Below, piece by piece: positions 21,529 to 32,305 of a DNA stretch of 64,000 nucleotides (positions are counted from its first letter, which is position 1; every line of letters starts with the position of its first letter). The translations under genes were made by a program, and so were the position numbers. This DNA comes from an uncultured Nitrospiraceae bacterium (lineage in GTDB: Bacteria; Nitrospirota; Thermodesulfovibrionia; Thermodesulfovibrionales; SM23-35). The notes beneath the pieces are model-generated. The model was not told the DNA's origin. It saw nothing but the letters and a program-made list of their open reading frames with translations, and did not search any database. The stretch lies in assembly GCA_963727775.1 (NCBI GenBank), contig CAVSHB010000004.1:256001-320000 (forward strand), given 5' to 3'.

Positions 21529-22935
21529 ATGCGTCGAATGGTTGGAATCACTTTGCTCATAGTAGTCGGGCTGGCCATGATCGCCGGCGGTAGCGTCTGG
21601 TGGTTCCAGTCCAAAGGGAACAAGGGGCCGACGTTCCGCACGGCGCCGGTGAAACGAGGCGATCTGGTGGCAACTATCAGCGCAACGGGCACGGTCGAGC
21701 CAACGGCCGTAGTGGTCGTGGGCGCGCAGGTTAACGGGTTAATTAAAAGCTTTGGCAAGGATAAATACGGCAAACCCGTTGACTACGCCTCGCTCGTTGA
21801 GGAGGGCACCGTACTGGCAAATATCGATGATTCACTATATGTCGCAACTCGGGACGCTGCCAAAGCCCAATTAGAGCAGGCTACAGCCAATAAGACCAGC
21901 GCCGATGCCAACGTGCTCCAGATGAAAGCGAATCTGCTGCTTGCCCAACAGAATTGGGACCGGGCGAAAAAACTTGGCCCTTCGGACGCATTGGCGCAAA
22001 GCGCTTACGATCAGTATTATGCCAATTACGAGGTCGCAAAGGCGAACCTGGCAACGGCCGAGGCTGCCGTGGAACAGGCGAAAGCATCAATGGCGCAAGC
22101 CAGGGCTGCTTTGAACACTGCACAGATAAATCTTGGGTACTGTACCATCAAGGCGCCGGTCAAAGGTGTTATTATCGACCGACAAGTGAACATTGGCCAG
22201 ACCGTCGTAGCCAGCCTGAGTGCGCCGAGTTTGTTCCTCCTGGCAAAGGACCTCAAACGCATTACAGTTTGGATTTCAGTCAACGAAGCCGACGTCGGCA
22301 GCATATATCCTGGCCAGCCGGTTACGTTTACCGTCGATGCCTTTCCCAACCGTGAATTCAAAGGGGAGGTCGGAAAGATTCGCCTCAACGCAACGATGAC
22401 ACAGAACGTAGTCACATACACCGCCGAGGTGAATACCAACAACGACGACGGTAAACTCCTGCCTTATCTGACAGCCAACGCCAAGTTCATCACTGGCCGC
22501 AGGGAGAACGTGCTGCTTGTCCCGAATGCGGCGCTACGATGGGTACCACAACCGGACCAGATCGCGCCGGATGCTCGCAAAAAACACAACGCGGCGGAGG
22601 GCTCTAAACGAAAGAAACACGGCGACTCAGAATCTGCCGGCTCAAGGCAGACTCAGGGGAATATCTGGGTCGAACAAGGCAACTTTGTCCGCCCTATCCA
22701 CGTAAACGTCGGATTGACAGACGGCGCATTTACCGAGGTCACCGGCAAAGACGTGACTGACGGCATGGTCGTGGTCATTGGAGAAACGACAAAAGGCGAT
22801 AAAGCTGGTACGGCTACAGCACGCAGCCCACTTATGCCGCAACCATTCGGACGTGGACAGCAACAAAGTCAAACTAAGTCTGACGGTCCTGACAGTCCCG
22901 GCGCAGCGCGTGAGCGCAACGGAGCGCCGAAATAG
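21529..22935 (+). CDS. MacA-like periplasmic adaptor
   Basis: ISATGTVEP, VGAQVNG, NEADVG, VPNAALR. Confidence 0.9.
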   Translation: MRRMVGITLLIVVGLAMIAGGSVWWFQSKGNKGPTFRTAPVKRGDLVATISATGTVEPTAVVVVGAQVNGLIKSFGKDKYGKPVDYASLVEEGTVLANIDDSLYVATRDAAKAQLEQATANKTSADANVLQMKANLLLAQQNWDRAKKLGPSDALAQSAYDQYYANYEVAKANLATAEAAVEQAKASMAQARAALNTAQINLGYCTIKAPVKGVIIDRQVNIGQTVVASLSAPSLFLLAKDLKRITVWISVNEADVGSIYPGQPVTFTVDAFPNREFKGEVGKIRLNATMTQNVVTYTAEVNTNNDDGKLLPYLTANAKFITGRRENVLLVPNAALRWVPQPDQIAPDARKKHNAAEGSKRKKHGDSESAGSRQTQGNIWVEQGNFVRPIHVNVGLTDGAFTEVTGKDVTDGMVVVIGETTKGDKAGTATARSPLMPQPFGRGQQQSQTKSDGPDSPGAARERNGAPK

Positions 22936-22938
22936 ACT

Positions 22939-23649
22939 ATGGAGCTGATCGAGCTGAAAGACGTTCACAAGACCTACTACCTCGGCGAGGTCGCAGTTCC
23001 GGTGCTCCGAGGGATAACACTAAACGTCGCCCGCGGTGAGCTCGTAGCGCTGATGGGAGCAAGCGGTTCCGGCAAAAGTACGCTGATGAACCTCCTGGGT
23101 TGCCTGGACCATGCGAGTTCCGGCGAGTACTGGCTGGACGGCCAGGAGATTTCCAAGCTCACCGCCAAGGAGTATGCTCGGCTGCGAAATCGAACAATTG
23201 GCTTCGTCTTCCAGAGCTTCAACCTGCTGCCGCGTACGACAGCGCTGGAGAACGTTATGATGCCGCTGACCTACTCCAGGGAAAACCTCAGCGAGCAGCA
23301 AAAGAAACGGCGCGCCGCCGACCTTCTGCGCAAAGTGGGTCTGGCGGACCGCATTGACCACCAACAGTCTCAACTTTCCGGCGGCGAGCAGCAACGTGTG
23401 GCGATCGCACGGTCGCTCGTCAACCATCCACGGATACTCCTGGCCGACGAGCCGACGGGCAATCTCGACTCACGTACCAGCGCAGAACTGCTCCAAATGT
23501 TCCGGCAGTTGAACCAAGCAGACGGCATCACCATCATCCTCGTCACCCACGATCCCGTCGTAGCTCAATACGCCCAACGGATCATTCGCATCAAGGACGG
23601 CCTCCTTGAAGGCAGCAGTGAGCCGGTCGAAGCGGGAAGTGCCGCTTGA
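22939..23649 (+). CDS. ABC ATP-binding protein (MacB/LolD-like)
   Basis: GASGSGKS, LSGGEQQR, DEPTGNLD. Confidence 0.95.
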   Translation: MELIELKDVHKTYYLGEVAVPVLRGITLNVARGELVALMGASGSGKSTLMNLLGCLDHASSGEYWLDGQEISKLTAKEYARLRNRTIGFVFQSFNLLPRTTALENVMMPLTYSRENLSEQQKKRRAADLLRKVGLADRIDHQQSQLSGGEQQRVAIARSLVNHPRILLADEPTGNLDSRTSAELLQMFRQLNQADGITIILVTHDPVVAQYAQRIIRIKDGLLEGSSEPVEAGSAA

Positions 23650-25007
23650 AGCTATTTATCACCATGAAAACTGCTTTGCATGCGCTCCGACGTAATGTCC
23701 TTCGCACGCTGCTCACTACCCTGGGCATCGTTATCGGGGTCGGAGCCGTAATCACGATGATGGAGATCGGCAACGGTGCGACCATTGCCATCCGGAAAAC
23801 CATGGCCAGCATAGGCGCCAATACACTGGTAGTCATTCCGGGAGCCGCGAGTACCGGCGGCATCAACTACGGAGCCGGCAGCCTCATGACGCTTACCCCG
23901 CAAGATGCAGATGCGATCGTCAAAGAGTGCCCTGCCCTTGCCAGCGTAGCGCCGATCGTGCGCGCCCGGACTCAGATAGTGTACGGAAACCGCAACTGGT
24001 CGCCGATGTATATCTATGGCACAACGCCTTCGTTTCTGGAAGTACGCGAGTGGACCGACTTGGAACAGGGAGAATCCTTTGACGAGCACGACGTGCGTAA
24101 CTCCAACCGGGTGTGTCTCGTCGGTCAGACAATCGTAAGAGAACTGTTCGGCGGACGTTCGCCCCTCGGCAAAGAGGTTCGCATCCGGAACGTCGCTTTC
24201 AAAATTGTCGGGGTATTGAAGATGAAAGGCGCAAACATGATGGGCATGGACCAGGACGATATCCTGCTGGCCCCGTGGACGACGATCAAATACCGCGTGG
24301 TGGCTACCTCTCTCGGCAGCTCCTCTCAGAGCGAGAGCGCTGCGACTATTTCGTCGTCAAATAATCCGTACGAAAATGTTTCAGTATCTCTGTACGCAGT
24401 TCCGTCGGCTACTGAACAGGCCAGCACGCCGCAACCGATCCGGTTTGCCAACGTAGACCAGATACTGACCGCTGCGCGGTCAAGCGACAGCATTCCTTCC
24501 GCCATTCAGCAGATCACCATGTTGCTGCGCGAACGTCACCACCTCAAAGCCTCCGGCCCGAATGACTTCAATGTCCGGGACATGACTGAAATCACAAAGG
24601 CGATGAGTTCGACTACTGATATGATAACGAAGCTGCTATTGTGCGTGGCGATGATTTCCCTGGTAGTCGGCGGTGTCGGCATCATGAACATCATGCTCGT
24701 CTCAGTGACCGAGAGGACCCGTGAGATCGGCCTGCGCATGGCCGTGGGCGCTGAACCGGGCGACATCCTTCGACAGTTTTTGACCGAAGCAGTAGTAATC
24801 TGCCTGCTCGGAGGGACTATGGGTATCATCCTGGGTCGCACCAGCTCGTATATCATCTCTTCGGTCTTGCACTGGCCGACGGCTGCTTCGGTCGGCGCAA
24901 TCTTTGCCGCAGTGATCGTGGCAGTGAGCGTGGGCGTTATATTCGGTTTCTATCCAGCGTGGAAGGCCTCCCGGCTCAATCCCATCGAGGCGCTTCGGTA
25001 TGAGTGA
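23646..25007 (+). CDS. MacB-like ABC permease
   Basis: LTTLGIVIGV, GGVGIMNIMLVSVTERTREIG, PIEALRYE. Confidence 0.92.
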   Translation: MKLFITMKTALHALRRNVLRTLLTTLGIVIGVGAVITMMEIGNGATIAIRKTMASIGANTLVVIPGAASTGGINYGAGSLMTLTPQDADAIVKECPALASVAPIVRARTQIVYGNRNWSPMYIYGTTPSFLEVREWTDLEQGESFDEHDVRNSNRVCLVGQTIVRELFGGRSPLGKEVRIRNVAFKIVGVLKMKGANMMGMDQDDILLAPWTTIKYRVVATSLGSSSQSESAATISSSNNPYENVSVSLYAVPSATEQASTPQPIRFANVDQILTAARSSDSIPSAIQQITMLLRERHHLKASGPNDFNVRDMTEITKAMSSTTDMITKLLLCVAMISLVVGGVGIMNIMLVSVTERTREIGLRMAVGAEPGDILRQFLTEAVVICLLGGTMGIILGRTSSYIISSVLHWPTAASVGAIFAAVIVAVSVGVIFGFYPAWKASRLNPIEALRYE

Positions 25008-26514
25008 GGCGGCAATGACGAACGCGAACGAAAAAAAGCCCTCCTTTTTGGTCTTTATCGCAGTGGTCGGGTTAGGCGTGTTGATGGTAAGTGGGTGCAT
25101 GGTAGGCCCGAATTTTATTCTACCGCAGTCTACAGTCCCCACTGAGTGGGTCGGAGTAACCAAGGCGGCAACTATCCAATCATCCGTGGCCACCGGGCAG
25201 CCAGCCGACCTCACGCAGTGGTGGCGGCCGTTCAATGACCCGACCTTGACCGCACTGGTCGAGGAAGCGATTAAAACTAACCTGGATCTACGAATCGCTG
25301 AGGCGCGTTTGCGACAGGCCCGCGCCGTGCGGGGTGTTGTCGCCGGAGGCTTATGGCCTTCGGTTACTGCCTCAGGCAGCTATCAGCGAATAAAGAAGGG
25401 TAGCGGCACACCGGACGATCAACAAGATCTTTATCAAGCAGGTTTGGACGCCGCATGGGAATTCGACTTTTTCGGCAGCCAGCGTCGCAGTGTCGAATCG
25501 GCCGACGCCACCGTCCAGGCCGCGGTCGAAGGTGTCCGCGATGCTCAGGTCAGCCTTATTGCCGAAGTGGCGCTCAATTACATCCAGCTTCGCGGTTACC
25601 AGCAGGAAATCGTGATTGCGCAGAACAACCTGAAAGCCCAAAAGCACACAGCCGAGATTACGCATAAACGATTGAACGTGGGCTTTGCCAGTGCGCTCGA
25701 CGCCGCCAATGCTGACTCTGATGTCGCAATGACCGAGTCTCAAATCCCGGTTTTTGAGAGCGCCGCGCAGCAGGCCATCTACTCGTTAAGTGTGCTACTG
25801 GCCCGACCGCCGGCGGATTTGTTGGAACAGTTGGCTCCGACGGGCACCTTGCCTACTGTGCCAGCTAAAGTCCCCGCCGGTTTACCATCGGACTTACTGC
25901 GCCATCGGCCCGATATCCGCGTAGCTGAGGCGCAACTGCATGCCGCCACCGCCCAAATCGGCGTCGCTGTCGCGGACTTTTTTCCGAGGTTTTCACTGAC
26001 CGGCGCGTTGAACTGGAACAGTAACCTTCTGCATACGTGGTGGAACGAATCCAGCCTATCGTCTGTCGTGGGACCATCGGTGACTTGGCCGATTTTCCAA
26101 GGTGGAGCAATTGCGTCGAATGTACGTTTACAGGAGGCGCTGCGCGACCAGGCGTTCATAACGTACCAGAAAACGGTCCTGGCGGCGTTTCAGGATGTGG
26201 AGAATGCGTTGATTGCATTTGCCAAGGAACAACAGCACCGTAAGGCGCTTAATGACGCCGTGGTCGCCAACCGTAAAGCCGTGGACTTGTCAGTGCAGCT
26301 TTACACCGAGGGCCAGACCGATTTTCTCAACGTGCTCAATGCCCAGCGTTCGCTTTACGCCTCCGAAGACGCATTGGTCCAGAGCGAACGCAGCATTGCC
26401 ACCGATCTTATCGCCCTATACAAAGCCTTGGGCAGCGGTTGGGAATCTGTACCGTCTACACCCTTAACTTCGACAAATACTGCTGCCGAGACAAAACGCC
26501 ATAGCAAGGAATGA
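25000..26514 (+). CDS. Outer membrane efflux lipoprotein (NodT/TolC family)
   Basis: GCMVGPNF lipobox, PSDLLRHRPDI, ALGSGW. Confidence 0.9.
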   Translation: MSEAAMTNANEKKPSFLVFIAVVGLGVLMVSGCMVGPNFILPQSTVPTEWVGVTKAATIQSSVATGQPADLTQWWRPFNDPTLTALVEEAIKTNLDLRIAEARLRQARAVRGVVAGGLWPSVTASGSYQRIKKGSGTPDDQQDLYQAGLDAAWEFDFFGSQRRSVESADATVQAAVEGVRDAQVSLIAEVALNYIQLRGYQQEIVIAQNNLKAQKHTAEITHKRLNVGFASALDAANADSDVAMTESQIPVFESAAQQAIYSLSVLLARPPADLLEQLAPTGTLPTVPAKVPAGLPSDLLRHRPDIRVAEAQLHAATAQIGVAVADFFPRFSLTGALNWNSNLLHTWWNESSLSSVVGPSVTWPIFQGGAIASNVRLQEALRDQAFITYQKTVLAAFQDVENALIAFAKEQQHRKALNDAVVANRKAVDLSVQLYTEGQTDFLNVLNAQRSLYASEDALVQSERSIATDLIALYKALGSGWESVPSTPLTSTNTAAETKRHSKE

Positions 26515-26683
26515 AGAGCACGTGGCAGAATCGTCTGTTGCTGACAACGCAAAGGAGATATCGCTTAAGCTGTGGAGCGACATGTCTTCTTCAAGAAGAA
26601 CGGGGCAGAAAGAAATATAAAGATGGGGAGAGAATTAAAGAAGAATCACCTTTAAGAAAAACACTTTTTAGGAGAGCGAAGTA

Positions 26684-27884
26684 ATGAAAAAGGTATCGGT
26701 CTTATTGCTCTGTTATGCGTTAATCTTTGTACCGTTTGCAACATCTGCCGCAATAGGCAGTAGAGGGCAGGATAATATCTCTCCATCTGTCAGTCCGGGG
26801 AACGGCGCCTTTTCGGCTATACACCCTGTCAACTTAACTAACATCAGACCTTTGAATTCCGTGCCCCATAAATCTTTAGGAAACGAAGTCATGCAATTCA
26901 AGGCGGGCAGCCATATCATGGGCTTTAAGCCTAACAGGGTGTATCTTGTCAACACGGCAGGTTTTTTGAGCGTGGAGTTCATGGGGACCAATGGAGTAAT
27001 GCCGAAGGCATCGGCAGGCAAGGCGCAGGGACTGGAGCAACTCGGCAAGGTAGAGTATCAAGACCTATGGGAAGGGATTACCCTGAGCTATGAAGGGGTT
27101 GGAGGAGGGGGCATAGCGGAGAGCACATATAGAATAAAGCCGGGCGCAGACGCAGGGAATATAAGACTCAAATACAGTGCGGAGACAGAGCTTCAGAAGG
27201 ATGGCTCGTTGAGGATAAAGCTTCCGACGGATCGGGGCTGGATGATGGAGAGCAAACCGTTGGCATGGCAGGAGATAGGTGTCCAAAGGATACCGGTAGA
27301 AGCCGCCTTCAGGATTGAGAACGGGCAGATTGGTTTTAGAGTGGCCGAATACGACAGAAATCGGGACCTTATCATAGACCCGACATATCAGTGGCATACC
27401 TTCTTCGGGTCGGTAGCGGGTAATGATTATGGCAATGGCATAGCGGTAGACGGCAGCGGCAACGTGTATGTGACGGGATACAGTAATGCCACATGGAATG
27501 GCCCCGGAGCGACTGCTCCTCTAAACGCTCATAGCGGCGGCGAAGACACTACATATTTGTGCTGAAACTCAACACAAGCGGGACATATCAGTGGCATACC
27601 TTCTACGGCTCGGGCGGTGATTCCGGCAATGGCATAGCGGTAGACGGTAGCGGGAACGTGTGTGTGACGGGCCAAAGTGCTGCCACATGGAACGGACCTA
27701 GCGGACAGATCCCTCTAAACGCTTACAGCGGACAGATATTTGTGCTGAAACTCGACACGAGCGGGGCATATCAGTGGCATACCTTCTACGGCTCGGGCGG
27801 TGATTCCGGCAATGGCATAGCGGTAGACGGTAGCGGGAACGTGTGTGTGACGGGCCAAAGTGCTGCCACATGGAACGGACCTAG
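26684..27884 (+). pseudogene. SBBP (beta-propeller repeat) surface protein, frameshifted near 27550 and truncated by IS1182
   Basis: Signal peptide; YDRNRDLIIDP then GNGIAVDGSGNVYVTG repeats. The reading frame changes at about 27545-27555. Confidence 0.8.
27553..27884 (+). repeat. Near-identical 149-bp direct repeat, period 183 bp (27553-27701, 27736-27884)
   Basis: The copies differ at only 3 positions; a more diverged third unit starts near 27383. Confidence 0.9.
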
Positions 27885-29587
27885 GAGTCTGTCGGACTTG
27901 AATTGCTGTTTTTGACAGCGGTTGGAATCCGAGAGAGTCGATTGTAGTTATTTTTCATGATTTGATCGTCTGTCATCGGTTCTTTCCTGCCGGTGTTTTG
28001 TTGGATACATTATGCCATCGCCATTTTCAGGCGCCTACCTGGCTGTTCCTCAATGCATGCAGCCTTTTGATGTTCCATGCAATGCAGATCATATCCCACT
28101 CGCCATTGACTGCAGTAAAACCACGCAACAGGAATCGGTCAAATCCCATAGCTGCCTTGATTACCCCAAACGCCGGCTCCACAGTACTCTTGCGTATCGC
28201 ATAAATTGCCTTACCGGCAACTGTCTTCAACCGATGTTTCATTCTTGTCACTGCATCAGCATCAACCGGCAATGGAGGCGGTTCGACGAATCGCTCCCAT
28301 AAAGGCTGATTATGACTCTGCCGATCTACTGCTATATATGGCTCTATTCCTTTGCTCTCACATTCTTGCACATTTGCTTCGCTGTAATACCCGCTGTCGG
28401 CTATTATAGTTTTTACTTTGCCAAGTTGTTCGGGCAGATATGTAAGCGCTTCAAGCGCTGGTTTCATCTGCTGTTTGTCATTGGATTGTTGTGTTACATG
28501 CGTTGCGACAATAAGCATTGTTTCTGTATCCACGGCTGCTTGAGCATTATAAGCCTGCTTGAATCCTCCACCCGATGCCGGCATTATGCGAGATTCTTCA
28601 TCGGTCAGATTGACCTGATCTTTGTCAGTTGGCCCGGCTGCAGGCGGCTTGGGTCCTTTGCCTCGGGGTTTCTTGCCGCTCTGCTTTTGTTTGGCTACAC
28701 GCTCTGCCTGTTTCTTTTCACTGTCGGCTTGTTCCATTGCATGCCGCTCTGCCGCACGGCGCTCTATCTCAGCTTTTGCTTCAGCTATCATTTTCAGCCG
28801 CTTCTCTCGCCGCTCCAGCTCTTCCGGGATGTTCATGCCGTCAGGAATGTCAGCTTTGTCAGCAGCCTCAGCTTTCTTCATCAGTTCCGCCACTTCCACT
28901 TTCAACTTATTCTCTATTTTGCATGCATGCCCGTAGCTCAACGCCTTGTGCTTTGAGGCATTGGCTTTCATTTTGGTCCCATCCAAGCTGACCGTGCCTA
29001 ACTTCAATACCCCGGTTTCTGCTGCTATCATTAGTATCTGCACAAACAGTTCTTTCAGCTTAGGCAAAAACCGACGTCGAAAGGTTGCTATTGTGTCATG
29101 GTCAGGGTGACTGTTGGCTGCCACATACCGGAATGCTACAGAGTCGTACGTGCTACGCTCTAATTGCCTGCTCGAAAAGACTCCCGTCGCATATCCGTAA
29201 AATAATAATGCCACCAGCATCTCAGGGCTGTATGCCTCACTGCCTCGTCCTGCATAATCATTTTTCAACCGGTCAAGATTAAGCTGATCCACTATCTCTA
29301 CGACAAATCTCGCCAAGTGACCCTCGGGCAACCATTCCTGCACCGACGGCGGAAATAAATATATCGTCTCTCTGTCACATTGTTTGAACATTATGCTGAT
29401 CTCCTGTTGTTCATTCTTATGCCGCTTGTCTATTATGCCATAAGGAACGCCCATGCAGGTCTGTCGGACTTAGATAATTACAGGCCGAAAAGATTTCTGC
29501 TGCCCAGTTTGCAATAAAGGTTCTTAAGAGACTGCCGTGTCCTTCAAGAAGTAAACTTTTCAGAAATGTTGAAAGTCCGACAGACTC
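27885..29587 (-). mobile_element. IS1182-family insertion sequence
   Basis: IRs GAGTCTGTCGGACTT / AAGTCCGACAGACTC, flanked on both sides by CTAG. Confidence 0.9.
28027..29391 (-). CDS. IS1182-family transposase
   Basis: LPEGHLARF, YGYATGVFSSR, PDHDTIATFR, DGTKMKANAS, ADSGY, VEPAFGVIK. ATG 29391 preferred as start. Confidence 0.9.
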   Translation of the reverse strand: MFKQCDRETIYLFPPSVQEWLPEGHLARFVVEIVDQLNLDRLKNDYAGRGSEAYSPEMLVALLFYGYATGVFSSRQLERSTYDSVAFRYVAANSHPDHDTIATFRRRFLPKLKELFVQILMIAAETGVLKLGTVSLDGTKMKANASKHKALSYGHACKIENKLKVEVAELMKKAEAADKADIPDGMNIPEELERREKRLKMIAEAKAEIERRAAERHAMEQADSEKKQAERVAKQKQSGKKPRGKGPKPPAAGPTDKDQVNLTDEESRIMPASGGGFKQAYNAQAAVDTETMLIVATHVTQQSNDKQQMKPALEALTYLPEQLGKVKTIIADSGYYSEANVQECESKGIEPYIAVDRQSHNQPLWERFVEPPPLPVDADAVTRMKHRLKTVAGKAIYAIRKSTVEPAFGVIKAAMGFDRFLLRGFTAVNGEWDMICIAWNIKRLHALRNSQVGA

Positions 29588-31662
29588 CTAGTTCGGACGG
29601 GAGTGTTGTCATCCATGAATCCAATAAACTGACCATCAACAAAACCATGTGGGTCTTTAATCTTTTGGTGGCGAACATCTTTTTTGGGGAATCCGCTGAT
29701 GATGTCTCGATTTCCTTCTTCCTTAGTTTTGTTACGATAGAGGTTAAACCTTGCTTGCTGCACAGATTCGTTAGTGCCGATATAAATCATGTCCGGAAGC
29801 AATTCTCTGATGTCAGGTTTTTGCGTAAATTGAACTATTTTGGCTTTGCGAATCAGGGATTGCAATGTATTAGAAATCATTTCGAGAGGAAGGTTCCAAT
29901 TGATCTGGAGACTGTCCTTGGTAAGAAATGTTAAGTCCCGCACAACCACCTTGTTCTTGTTGCCCTTTTCATTGTGTTGGTAACTCCAGATAGTGAACGC
30001 AATCGGAAAACGGCCTTTGATCTTGAAGAACTCGTTCCCCAAGATGATAAAGCCCATCTCGTATTTGAAATAGGTGTCAAAAAGTCTTCTGAACTCGCCA
30101 TACGTTGGCCGTGGAATTAGCCACGATGTCGGTGTGAAGATCAAAATCAAGGGCGTCTCTACTTTCTTTGTGTCTAACGGCGCGGGAAGATGGATGTTCT
30201 CAAAATTCAACTCCATTAATGACATATCACCCATTTGGACACGAGAGATATTTATGATTTGCCCAAGGAAAGCCAATTATCGTTCTTTACCGGCATCGTT
30301 GCCTGTCAAGTCAAGAATCGAAGGATGAATCTGATAAGCTGCCTCTACTGCATCGCGAACTTCTTCCTTTTCGTCAGTGTTTTTGTAGGGCGGATTGAGC
30401 AGAAACGCAATCGGCTTGTCGAACTTGAAATTTTGTTCCTTCAGTTCCGTCATCAGGCAGTTCACATAATTCTCAGCCGATTTGTCCAAGAAATTCAGGC
30501 CTTCGTTTGTGCTCGTCTTCGGAATGATGGTAAAGCCACCGTCGATCTGATCAGGATCAAGCTTCATTCGCCGCTCAATGGTTTTGAGCAGGTCAGGCTG
30601 CAACTCGGAAATAATCTTGTGTTTAAGGTGTCCTCTCCAACTTGTTACTAAATTGCCAGAGCCGCCAGCCGGATCAAGAACAATATACTTGTCGCTCAGC
30701 TTATTCTCAAAGAACTCATGGACGAACCAAAGGGCAAATTTGCTGAGATTGTTGTCCGTGAAAAAAATGCCATGTTGCTTGGCATATTCTGGCTTGAGGC
30801 GGGTGATAACTTCGTCGAATCGGCTGAAGTAGTAATCAACCGTCAGACCAGATCCCTCGTTAGTGAAGACAAATCGATTTTCTACGAACTTTTTGAACTC
30901 TTCATGGAAGCGGGGCTTGATTTTCAGTTCCTCGCTGTATCGTGTTCCTTTCTTTCCGAACACGCGAACTTTGTCGGAGTGTTCATCGAATGCAACTTTT
31001 GACGTAACATCCCAAAAACCGACAATGGCGTAGAAGCAGTGAACAGCATCCAACGGATCCACGAAGAATTTTTCCAGCTGTGCAATATGGTCTATGAAGT
31101 TGTGCGTGTTGATCTGAATGCGTTCCGCTTCCAAGTTCTTCAGCGCTTGAACGAACTCCGGGAGTGCCGTATCGAAATCCCTCTTAAATAATCCCTCAAG
31201 GTCTTGAGGAAGTAACCTGAAATATGTTGTATTGAGGATTTCTGTGGCTTGTGCCTTTGTAGTCCGTCTTGCATTTTGGACTCCGATGTCATTCGGAGCC
31301 GCCGATGCATCCGCTTCTGCCGATAGGCGCTTCGCATAATCTGGGATACTGTTCACCTTCCAGATCGCAACGAACTTCTGAGCGACAACGCAGACCGCAG
31401 AGAAGCTCAGCCCTTTTTTCGCATAATGGAGTGCTTGATAGAATCCTTTCCGCCAATCGTCGAGCCCGGATTTCAGTTCGACGAGCAATTTTCCTTCAAC
31501 ATAGATGTCGGCACCTTCAGCATTCGATTCTTTTTTGAACTTAATGCCGAACAATTTTTTGAACAGAGGGAATGTCAAATAGTCTTTGGCTTTCTCACCG
31601 CCAGGATTGAGCAGGTAATCCCTGAATTGGTCAAGCTCATTTTGGTATGATTCTTTCCTCAT
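29588..31662 (-). pseudogene. Fused nuclease + N6-adenine/N4-cytosine DNA methyltransferase (type IIG/IIC-like), with internal stop and IS truncation
   Basis: ADIYVEGKLLVELK (PD-D/ExK-like), GIFFT, LDPAGGSGNL, NPPY. In-frame TAA at 30277-30279; C-terminus cut by IS1182. Confidence 0.75.
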
Positions 31663-32305
31663 CTTCTTTTAACCCAACAATGATTATACATGCCCCATAA
31701 TTTAAGGCTTTACGAGGAAACTATACCACAGTCGCAGCGTTTAGAAAAAGGGAAACTGTGTGAGATCAATAAGCTGACTCTAGTCTTACCCCCATTTCTT
31801 GGCAATAGGGACTAATTACAAGGTCGGTTGTTGGAAAGTTGTCTGCGGTGATTGCCAGACGAAAACCATAGTGCTCATCTCTTTGTGACTACTGTTGTCT
31901 TCAGGAAAGCATCGATAGGCATAACAGATCCTCTCGTGTGACAGTTATTTTCGGAAGCCAACGGTCTCGCTGAAAAGGCTGGTGTCTCAGTTATCAGATG
32001 AAGTTCAAATAAACATCCCCTGCGTATCGCAGGCTTAAGGGATAACCGAGTTATGATGTGAGCAAAATGTCGAGCGTCCATAAATCATGTGACTTGCGGA
32101 CACTGAATTGTCACGCATGAAACCCGCCCTTATCAAGTAATCCAGGTCGGAAATTTGCGAGGGTTTTATGGACAGATGCTTGAGCGGAGAAGTGATCCAA
32201 GGCTCTGCATGCAAACATTGAAAGTGCTTCACATACTATCTTCTCAATGTTCCCTGTTATGAGCTAAAATAAACTCAGTTAAGGGACGGTACCGGCAAGC
32301 CGAGA

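Noticed and set aside
598..26552. Many antisense or overlapping ORFs (e.g. 3198-3716, 16893-17603, 24702-25235)
   Set aside because: Shadow frames of well-supported genes, with no motifs or RBS.
27553..27884. Near-identical repeats whose 3 differences are all A in copy 1 versus G in copy 2 (27571, 27576, 27583), reminiscent of a DGR template/variable pair
   Set aside because: Both copies are in-frame SBBP units, all changes are transitions, most adenines are unchanged, and no reverse transcriptase is in the window. A recent tandem duplication explains it.
30277..30279. Programmed stop read-through (Sec/Pyl) in the methyltransferase gene
   Set aside because: The codon is TAA, not TGA/TAG, and the gene is also IS-truncated, so a nonsense mutation is simpler.
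31663..32305. 640-bp gap with short ORFs, possible ncRNA or gene relic
   Set aside because: No recognisable motif, strong structure or coherent reading frame.
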